Shown here in pieces: positions 1 through 9,195 of a stretch of 32,000 bases of DNA (position 1 is its first letter; every line of letters starts with the position of its first letter). Under the pieces are notes generated by a model. The model searched no databases. It had not been told where the DNA came from and saw nothing but the letters and a program-made list of their open reading frames with translations. The stretch lies in contig NZ_NVQC01000009.1 in the NCBI RefSeq assembly GCF_003044035.1, forward strand, positions 30,001 through 62,000, written 5' to 3'. This DNA is from Candidatus Methylomirabilis limnetica. GTDB lineage: Bacteria; Methylomirabilota; Methylomirabilia; Methylomirabilales; Methylomirabilaceae. The position numbers and the translations under genes were made by a program.

Positions 1-409
1 GCCTGATCGCAAGCATAGTAGACATCTACGATGCCATCACCGCTGATCGTGTCTACCACGAAGGGGTGCCCCCCATCAGGCTTTGAGACAGGTGTATGGG
101 CTGGCCATTGAAGGACACCTCGATCTCGACGCGGTGAGGGGACTCATCCAGTGCCTCGGCCGCTACCCCGTTGGGAGCTGTGTTAGGCTCTCGACGGGAG
201 AGATCGGGGTGGTGAGCCGGCCGAACCTTGCCGATCTCTCTAAGCCGGCGCTGCTTCTGGTCATGGATGGGAGCACCCCGTGTCGACCACCAAAGCCCTT
301 CGACCTCGCCGAACAGCCCACACGGCCCTCACGCGCTATTGTGGCTACGCTGGACCCGCGCCAGATCGGAATCGACCCCAACCATGTACTTGACAGTCTG
401 TCTGCATGA
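1..409 (+). pseudogene. HD-GYP-type phosphohydrolase domain protein, 3' part entering from upstream of the window; reading frame broken at a C6 run
   Basis: Frame 3 from nt 3 reads LIASIVDIYDAITADRVYHEGVPPIRL* (stop 84-86), matching the D-x-YDA-x-T-x-DR-x-Y signature of HD-GYP domains. The family-typical continuation (PHQALRQVYG...GRYPVGSCVRLSTGEIGVVS) runs in frame 2 (tracked ORF 83..409). The frames switch inside cccccc at 69-74. Confidence 0.55.
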
Positions 410-595
410 TCAGTGGCCCACATGGGTTGTAGTTGAATGTGGGGCTCCATGATGAAGCCCTTCGCAGAGAAAAGAAGGCATCGATCGCGCTACGGTGGAA
501 GGAGAGGGGGACGATATCTTCTACTACCGGGGTCACTTCAAGCGCCTTACTCACGATAGCCTGGTGTAGCGTCCCATTAAATAGCTTTCCACATC

Positions 596-673
596 CCGTT
601 CGCCCTGAGCCTGTCGAAGGGTCAATATTTTCAACGGGTTCCGTCTGTGTTTCGACAGGCTCACCACGAACGG
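596..673. repeat. Imperfect 23-nt inverted repeat (20/23 complementary) with a ~32-nt loop; GC-rich palindromic intergenic element
   Basis: ccgttcgccctgagcctgtcgaa (596-618) pairs with ttcgacaggctcaccacgaacgg (651-673). It generates spurious ORFs 433..825(+) and 551..733(-) carrying the pseudo-peptide ...VVSLSKH...LRQAQGER... typical of such repeats. Confidence 0.7.
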
Positions 674-821
674 ATTGTACGAGAGGGTGTAGCGGGGCGG
701 GTTTGGGGGGCCAAAAAAGGCTTGACAAATCATGGCCCATCGGGCAAGCTGAATGGTCTTTAAGTTTTTGGGGCTGCCAGGTCCGGTTCAAGGGATCCGG
801 CAGCGCTCTTTTACTGGTGGT

Positions 822-1232
822 ATGAACGAGCGGGAGCAGTTTGTCCGAGGCGCGCTGCTGGGCGCGCTGGGTCTCGTCGTGGCTGGGCTCATCGGTTTTG
901 GGCTCTTCAGGATGTGGGACTGGGCTTTGGGCTTTGCCGCCGGCGCCATCGTAAGCCTGCTGAGCTTCAGGCTCATCGTGCTATCGGTGATCCGTTTCAC
1001 GGGGCGTCCCGCGTCTCGGTCGCGTGGTCAGTGGATCTGGTGGGCCCGATCTCTTTTGAGACTCCTCGGAGTCGCCATCATCCTCCTCCTCGTGATCATC
1101 TACCTGCCTGTAAATCTGGTTGGGGTGGCGCTGGGCCTTCTCGCGGTCCAGCTCGGGATGGGCGGGTATCTCGTTGTGCGTTCGTCGTTTTCGCAAAGCA
1201 GCAATGCCGGGACGGAGGATCGGAAGCTATGA
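822..1232 (+). CDS. Small 4-TM membrane protein, ATP synthase protein I (AtpI/AtpZ)-like
   Basis: Tracked ORF 753..1232. The internal ATG at 822 gives MNEREQFVRGALLGALGLVVAGLIGFGLF... with about four hydrophobic helices. Its stop overlaps the atpF start (ATGA at 1229-1232). Position and topology fit AtpI-like proteins. The start is uncertain (753 is an alternative) and the SD is weak. Confidence 0.55.
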   Translation: MNEREQFVRGALLGALGLVVAGLIGFGLFRMWDWALGFAAGAIVSLLSFRLIVLSVIRFTGRPASRSRGQWIWWARSLLRLLGVAIILLLVIIYLPVNLVGVALGLLAVQLGMGGYLVVRSSFSQSSNAGTEDRKL

Positions 1233-1831
1233 CGAAGAATCGCATCCGACTTATCGCAGTGGTGGTCTGCTTCCTCGGCATGGCGCTCTTCGCGGCCTTC
1301 CCTGCCCTGGCCGCAGAGGAGGCCCATGGAGCGGAGCAGCCCGGGATCATCAACCTGAACAGGACGTTGCTCATTCAGGCTGTGAACTTTCTCATTTTGA
1401 TCGCCGTGCTGTCCAGGTTCTTGTTCAAGCCGCTCACTCAGTTTCTGGCGACACGGGCCGATGGCATCAGGCGTTCTTTGGAGGAGGCGAAGACAGCCAG
1501 AGATGCCGCAGCCCAGACGCAGAAAGAGTACGAAGCGCAGATTCTCGCCACCCGGCGAGAGGCGGCCGCGATGCGAGAGTCGGCGATCCGTGAGGTGGAG
1601 GAGGAACGGCAGCGGTTACTCAAGGTGTCGCGTGAAGAGGCCGCGCGCCTCGTCACAGAGGCCAAAGCGCAGATCGAGCAGGAAGTGAAAAGGGCCAAGA
1701 TCGAGCTTCGCGAGGAGGTGGTGGGCCTCTCGCTGGGGATCACGGAGCGCCTCATTGCCCGTAGCCTCACCGCCGATGATCACCGTCGACTGGCCGAACA
1801 GGTAGCGGCGGAGATCGGGGTCGCCCGGTGA
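1229..1831 (+). CDS. atpF: F0F1 ATP synthase subunit b
   Basis: MTKNRIRLIAVVVCFLGMALFAAFPALAAEE...LLIQAVNFLILIAVLSRFLFKPLTQFLATRADGIRRSLEEAKTARDAA... shows a TM helix followed by a long charged coiled coil typical of subunit b. ATG 1229 is in frame within tracked ORF 914..1831. GTGA overlap with atpH. Confidence 0.9.
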   Translation: MTKNRIRLIAVVVCFLGMALFAAFPALAAEEAHGAEQPGIINLNRTLLIQAVNFLILIAVLSRFLFKPLTQFLATRADGIRRSLEEAKTARDAAAQTQKEYEAQILATRREAAAMRESAIREVEEERQRLLKVSREEAARLVTEAKAQIEQEVKRAKIELREEVVGLSLGITERLIARSLTADDHRRLAEQVAAEIGVAR

Positions 1832-2379
1832 GGGCTGGCGGCCTCTCCAGGCGGTACGCGAAGGCGCTGGTGGACGTCGCAGCCGATCAACAGGTGCTGG
1901 AGGCGGTTGGGCGCGATCTCCATACGGTTGCGGAGACCATGAAACGGAATCGTGAGGCCGCCACCTTCTTCGCGAGCCCCGCCGTCCCGCTGACAGATAA
2001 ACGGCGCGTCCTGCAAGCGATTGCAGGGGGGATAGGCGTAAAGCCGCTCAGCGCCAAATTTCTGAATCTGGTCCTGGAGAAGAGACGGTTCCCATACCTC
2101 GGAGAGATCGCCCTCGCCTATGAGGAGCTGACCGACGAGCGGCTAGGCCGCGGGAAAGCCACGGTGACCTCGGCAGTGCCGCTGTCTGAGCCGATCCTTC
2201 ACGGGCTCAAGGAGCGCCTGCGGATAGCGACAGGGAAAGAGATCTATCTGGAGGCGCGGGTTGATCCCGCCATCGTGGGCGGATTAGTTGCACAGATCGG
2301 TAGTACAATCTACGATGGGTCCCTGAGGACGCAACTGAAAAAGGTGCGCGAGCGCTTACTGAAGAACGAGCACCACTGA
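1828..2379 (+). CDS. atpH: F0F1 ATP synthase subunit delta (OSCP)
   Basis: SRRYAKALVDVA...FFASPAVPLTDKRRVL...VTSAVPLSEPILHGLKERL...ARVDPAIVGGLVAQIGSTIYDGSLRTQL is the classic delta/OSCP pattern. It sits between atpF and atpA. GTG start at 1828. Confidence 0.92.
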   Translation: MRAGGLSRRYAKALVDVAADQQVLEAVGRDLHTVAETMKRNREAATFFASPAVPLTDKRRVLQAIAGGIGVKPLSAKFLNLVLEKRRFPYLGEIALAYEELTDERLGRGKATVTSAVPLSEPILHGLKERLRIATGKEIYLEARVDPAIVGGLVAQIGSTIYDGSLRTQLKKVRERLLKNEHH

Positions 2380-2397
2380 CCCTGAAGGGGTAGCGGA

Positions 2398-3924
<1,527 letters not shown>

Positions 3925-3934
3925 AGACGAGTTG

Positions 3935-3962
3935 CGGGTTTAGAGTTTCGGGTTTCGAGTTG
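3935..3962. repeat. Degenerate heptamer array (CGGGTTT AGAGTTT CGGGTTT CGAGTTG), inverse complement of array 4386-4413
   Basis: Read directly from the sequence. 3942-3957 (agagtttcgggtttcg) is the exact reverse complement of 4402-4417 (cgaaacccgaaactct). A small palindrome cgagttgactcg lies at 3956-3967. Confidence 0.9.
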
Positions 3963-3994
3963 ACTCGGAACACGGAGTTCGAAACTTCTAGCTA

Positions 3995-4423
3995 ATGGCC
4001 ACTTTCCAACGCCTTGAGGACATCGAGGTATGGCAGAAAGCGCGGGAACTGACGCGCGAGGTCTACACGATTTCAGGTCACGGTTCGTTTGCCAAAGACT
4101 TTGCGTTGCGCGACCAGATTCGAAGGGCCAGTGTTTCGATTATGTCCAACATCGCCGAAGGTTTCGAAAGAAGCGGGACAGCCGAATTTGTGCAGTTCCT
4201 TGCAGTGGCGAAAGGCTCGGCAGGTGAGGTCGTCTCGCAAATCTATGTAGCGGGAGATCAGGGGTATATCGACCCGGACCAGCGTGGTCAATTGCTAGCC
4301 ATGGCCGACGAGATCAGTCGGATGATCGGTGGGTTGATGACGTACCTGCGCAAGTCGGGAATCAGAGGTGCGAAGTATAAATTGACCCGAAACCCGAAAC
4401 CCGAAACCCGAAACTCTCAGTGA
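3995..4423 (+). CDS. Four-helix-bundle protein ('23S rRNA intervening-sequence protein' family), inserted between atpA and atpG
   Basis: MATFQRLEDIEVWQKARELTREVYTIS...FALRDQIRRASVSIMSNIAEGFERSGTAEFVQFLAVAKGSAGEVVSQIYVA... matches the remembered family signature (F..L.VWQKA..L, RD.Q.RRA..SI..NIAEG, F..A.GS..E). No SD. The stop TGA at 4421-4423 lies 4 nt before the atpG ATG. Confidence 0.9.
   Translation: MATFQRLEDIEVWQKARELTREVYTISGHGSFAKDFALRDQIRRASVSIMSNIAEGFERSGTAEFVQFLAVAKGSAGEVVSQIYVAGDQGYIDPDQRGQLLAMADEISRMIGGLMTYLRKSGIRGAKYKLTRNPKPETRNSQ
4386..4413. repeat. Perfect tandem heptamer array CCCGAAA x4, inside the 3' end of the four-helix-bundle ORF
   Basis: cccgaaa occurs at 4386, 4393, 4400 and 4407. 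It encodes the tail ...TRNPKPETRNSQ*. Confidence 0.97.
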
Positions 4424-4427
4424 AGCC

Positions 4428-5300
4428 ATGGCCACACTACGAGACATTAAGCGGCGCATTACATCGGTCAAGAGCACGCAGCAGATCACCAAGGCGATGA
4501 AGCTGGTGGCGGCGGCAAAGCTGCGCCGAGCCCAGGAGCGCATCCTGGAGGCCCGCCCCTATGCGTTCAAGATGCAGGAAGTGCTGGCCAGCTTGGCGCT
4601 GAGAGCTGACCCCCAGTATCATCCGTTGCTCCGCAGACGCGAAACCAGCAGGAAGATCGTGGTGGTCATCGCGTCCGATAAGGGGCTCTGCGGGGGGTTT
4701 AATAGCAACATCATGCGCCGATCCCTGGAGATGCTTCGGGGAACGGCTGACGAGGTGACCGTCACCCTGGTGGTGGTTGGACGCAAGGCGCGCGATTTCT
4801 ATCGGCGACGTCCCTACGCCATTCGATCGGAACAGATCGGCTTCTTCGATCGGCTGGCGTACGACCATGCGGCCGCTTTGGGCCAAGAGCTGGCGAACGC
4901 CTACGTGGCTGAAGAGGCGGACGAGATCCATCTGATCTATAATGAGTTCAAGTCGGTCGCGACCCAGCGGGTCGTCGTGGAGCGGCTACTACCCATCGAG
5001 CCGCTGCAGGCTTCAGAGGAGCTTGCCGCCGTCGATTTTATCTACGAGCCCTCGCCGCAGGCGATCCTGGAGGGGCTGTTGCCCAAACACGTCGAGGTGC
5101 AGGTGTACAGAGCGCTCATGGAATCGCTGGCCGGTGAGTACGGCGCCCGGATGACCGCCATGGATGCGGCGAGCAGGAACGCCACGGAGATGATCGACCT
5201 GCTTACGTTGCAGTTCAACAAGGCGCGGCAGGAACGAATTACCAGAGAGCTGCTCGAGGTGGTCGGAGGGGCCGAAGCGCTACGACAGGCGCGTGGGTAA
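4428..5300 (+). CDS. atpG: F0F1 ATP synthase subunit gamma
   Basis: MATLRDIKRRITSVKSTQQITKAMKLVAAAKLRRAQE...ARMTAMDAASRNA..LI..LTLQFNKARQERITRELLEVVGGAEAL is the canonical gamma N- and C-terminus. Confidence 0.97.
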   Translation: MATLRDIKRRITSVKSTQQITKAMKLVAAAKLRRAQERILEARPYAFKMQEVLASLALRADPQYHPLLRRRETSRKIVVVIASDKGLCGGFNSNIMRRSLEMLRGTADEVTVTLVVVGRKARDFYRRRPYAIRSEQIGFFDRLAYDHAAALGQELANAYVAEEADEIHLIYNEFKSVATQRVVVERLLPIEPLQASEELAAVDFIYEPSPQAILEGLLPKHVEVQVYRALMESLAGEYGARMTAMDAASRNATEMIDLLTLQFNKARQERITRELLEVVGGAEALRQARG

Positions 5301-5304
5301 AAGT

Positions 5305-6803
<1,499 letters not shown>

Positions 6804-6887
6804 CGTAAAGTATCGTAAGCGCCGTCACGTCATGGCCTTTGGGGCCCTGGGACGCGACGGACGCAAGAGACGTTTTCTGAGGAAGTG

Positions 6888-7313
6888 ATGGCAGAGCGGC
6901 ATAAGCAAACTTTCAGGCTTGAGGTGGTGACGCCTCAGCGGCTGATCATCAGCGAAGAGGTCGAAGAGCTGGTGGCCCCCGGACAAGAGGGGCATTTCGG
7001 CGTGTGGCCCGGCCACATCCCCTTTATGGCGACGCTGAAGATTGGGGAGCTTTCCTATAAGAAGGGGCAGCAGGAGAGGTTTCTTGCCGTCAACTGCGGG
7101 TATGCCGAGGTTCGTTCCGACAAGGCGATCATCCTGGTGGAGACGGCAGAGCGACCGGAAGAGATCGACATAGCCAGGGCCGAACAGGCAAAGGTGAGGG
7201 CAGAGGAGCGGCTGCGCAGCCTCAGCGACGACACCATCGATCATACCAGGGCCCGGGCTGCCTTGGACCGGGCGCTCGCCAGAATAGCGGTCGCCGCCAG
7301 GGTAAGGGCATGA
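6888..7313 (+). CDS. atpC: F0F1 ATP synthase subunit epsilon
   Basis: [47 protein letters not shown]...[26 protein letters not shown] 6888 lies 4 nt after gagga; GTG 6885 is an alternative start. Confidence 0.93.
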   Translation: MAERHKQTFRLEVVTPQRLIISEEVEELVAPGQEGHFGVWPGHIPFMATLKIGELSYKKGQQERFLAVNCGYAEVRSDKAIILVETAERPEEIDIARAEQAKVRAEERLRSLSDDTIDHTRARAALDRALARIAVAARVRA

Positions 7314-8326
7314 TTATCGTGATGAAAACGGGAGCTCCCGAGAGCCAGATCCGAGAAGTCATTCAGCGTGTAGAGGCGCTCGGATACCAGGCCCATGTCA
7401 TTCAGGGTACACAGCGAACGGTCATAGGGGCCATTGGGGACGAGCGGAGCAAGGACCGCCTGCAATCGCTGGAGTTGATGGCAGGGGTGGAAACCGTACT
7501 CCCGATCCTGCAGCCGTTCAAGTTGGCGAGCCGGGAAGTCAAGGGCGGTAAGAGTGTTGTCAAGGTCGGCGATCTGGAGATCGGCGGACAGGCTGTTGTA
7601 GTTATGGCTGGCCCGTGCTCCGTAGAAAGCGAGGCCCAGATGCTACAGACCGCCCAGGCGGTCAAGGCGGCTGGAGCGAAGGTGCTCCGTGGGGGGGCCT
7701 TCAAGCCGCGCACCTCGCCCTATGCCTTTCAAGGCATGGCAGAGGAGGGGCTCAAGCTTCTGGATGTCGCGAGGTCGGCAACCGGCCTGAAGATCGTGAC
7801 CGAGGTGGTCAATCCCGCAGACGCCGAGCTGGTGGCGGAGTATGCCGACATCCTGCAGATTGGCGCCAGGAACGTCCAGAACTTCGCCCTACTGAAGAGG
7901 GTCGGCGAGGTCGGTAAGCCGGTCCTGCTCAAGCGGGGGATAGCGACCACGATCAAGGAGTACCTGATGGCGGCCGAATACATCCTTGCCGAGGGGAACT
8001 ATAATGTGATCCTCTGCGAGCGCGGGATTCGGACCTTCGAAACCAGCACGCGCTTTACCCTCGATCTGAATGCGATCCCGGTACTCAGCAAACTGACCCA
8101 TCTGCCGGTGTTTGTGGACCCCAGTCACGGCACCGGCCACTGGGAGTACGTGTCGCCGATGGCGAAGGCAGCGATCGCCTGCGGGGCCGACGGACTCATC
8201 ATCGAAGTCCACCCGAACCCCGAGGAAGCCCAATCGGACGGCTTGCAGTCGCTGAAACTCGAGAAGTTCCAGCAGCTCATGGACGAGCTACGCCCCGTTG
8301 CCGAGGCCGTAGGCCGCCGGCTGTAG
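7310..8326 (+). CDS. aroF: 3-deoxy-7-phosphoheptulonate (DAHP) synthase, type I-beta with N-terminal ferredoxin-like regulatory domain
   Basis: The N-terminal ~70 aa ([33 protein letters not shown]...) is followed by ...[11 protein letters not shown]...[17 protein letters not shown]...[13 protein letters not shown]....KPVLLKRG...CERGIRTFE...R.TLD...P......HLPV.VDPSH. ATGA overlap with the atpC stop (7310-7313). Confidence 0.9.
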   Translation: MIIVMKTGAPESQIREVIQRVEALGYQAHVIQGTQRTVIGAIGDERSKDRLQSLELMAGVETVLPILQPFKLASREVKGGKSVVKVGDLEIGGQAVVVMAGPCSVESEAQMLQTAQAVKAAGAKVLRGGAFKPRTSPYAFQGMAEEGLKLLDVARSATGLKIVTEVVNPADAELVAEYADILQIGARNVQNFALLKRVGEVGKPVLLKRGIATTIKEYLMAAEYILAEGNYNVILCERGIRTFETSTRFTLDLNAIPVLSKLTHLPVFVDPSHGTGHWEYVSPMAKAAIACGADGLIIEVHPNPEEAQSDGLQSLKLEKFQQLMDELRPVAEAVGRRL

Positions 8327-8393
8327 CGTAGCCCCTCCCAACCGCAAGCCCGCCCTGCCCCGCTTCACTCTTGACCCCCAGTTACACCGAACT

Positions 8394-8522
8394 TTAGCAT
8401 CGGACTACGGTGATGCCCTCATTCCCTTCTTCTTTGTGCCCAGTGATCGTGGTGAGCCCCCACATATTCATGGGAGACGGGAGGACAAGGCTGCCACTTT
8501 CTGGCTTGATCCTGTCGCGTAG
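8394..8522 (+). pseudogene. Decayed DUF4160-family fragment (no start codon, premature stop)
   Basis: Frame 3 reads LASDYGDALIPFFFVPSDRGEPPHIHGRREDKAATFWLDPVA* (stop 8520-8522). It aligns with the intact copy at 14745..15035 (FYFFSREEHRMHVHVHCGRGEAKFWLEP). There is no ATG/GTG/TTG at the expected N-terminus, and it is truncated just before the repeat element at 8563. Confidence 0.55.
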
Positions 8523-8562
8523 CAGGTAATACAGCACCACGAAGACTTATAGGTAAACACTC

Positions 8563-8726
8563 AGGTGTTTAGGCTATAGGCTGAAGGCTGTTAGCCATTG
8601 CGTATGGACCGAATCAAAAGGCGTCCAGAACCTTTTCGGTCTCCATCATTTTCGCGTCGCATTCGAAAAACGCTTGGCTCATCTGTGCGCGTTCCTACAG
8701 TCTAAAAGCCTACAGTCTATCTACCT
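8563..8726. mobile_element. Miniature heptamer-bracketed cassette, copy 1 (homologous to 31708..31850)
   Basis: aggtgtttaggct + AGGCTAT AGGCTGA AGGCTGT, then a core containing cgaatc...cagaaccttttcgg, then ctaaaagcctacagtctatctacct. The same end motifs (aggtgtttag..., ctaaaagcc...atctacct) and the core block occur at 31708..31850. The minus-strand core reads ...METEKVLDAF*. Confidence 0.6.
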
Positions 8727-8738
8727 AAGTAGTTACAT

Positions 8739-9122
8739 TTACAGTGTGATTGCCACCAGGTCGATTTCGACGCTGGCGCCACGGGGGAGGCTAGCCACGC
8801 CGACCGTGGAGCGGGCGGGTTTGACGTTGCCCAGGTACTCGGCGTAGACCTCGTTCATCTTTGCAAAGCTGTTCAGATCGGTGAGATAAACAGTCGCCTT
8901 GATCACATGATTAAGGGAACTGCCCCCGGCCTCCAGGACCGCCTTGAGATTTTCTAGAACCTGCCGGGTCTGAGCCGAGATGTCGCCGTCGATCAGCGTC
9001 CCGGTAACCGGATCAAGCGCGATCTGCCCTGAAGTGAAAAGCAGGCCACCCCACTTTATGGCCTGCTCGTAGGGTCCGATCGCCTGTGGTGCGCGTTCAG
9101 TGCTAATCGCTTCACGTAACAT
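8739..9122 (-). CDS. ridA: RidA/YjgF-family reactive-intermediate (enamine/imine) deaminase
   Basis: [84 protein letters not shown]...[22 protein letters not shown] gggagga lies upstream. Confidence 0.93.
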   Translation of the reverse strand: MLREAISTERAPQAIGPYEQAIKWGGLLFTSGQIALDPVTGTLIDGDISAQTRQVLENLKAVLEAGGSSLNHVIKATVYLTDLNSFAKMNEVYAEYLGNVKPARSTVGVASLPRGASVEIDLVAITL

Positions 9123-9141
9123 ATATCCTCCCTCATTCTCA

Positions 9142-9166
9142 CCCTCTCCCCGCCATGGGGAGAGGG
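9142..9166. repeat. GC-rich hairpin (ccctctcccc / ggggagaggg, 5-nt loop) in the uvrC-ridA junction
   Basis: 10-bp perfect stem read directly. It belongs to the same compositional class (C-run/G-run palindromes) as 16353-16439, 18205-18251 and 31496-31580. Confidence 0.75.
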
Positions 9167-9195
9167 GACTGAAAGCTAATTTGCCCCTCCTGATC

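Noticed and set aside
722-750. TTGACA at 722-727 as the -35 element of an atp operon promoter.
   Set aside because: No acceptable -10 hexamer lies at 16-18 nt (the best is caagct). It may still be a promoter but is unsupported without TSS data.
914-1228. N-terminal 105-aa extension of the atpF ORF (tracked 914..1831). Similarly, 17616..17774 in front of the DUF167 gene and 20556..20615 in front of aspS.
   Set aside because: The extensions overlap the preceding genes in another frame and are Arg/Pro-rich. The internal starts give canonical N-termini and classic ATGA/GTGA/TAATG junctions.
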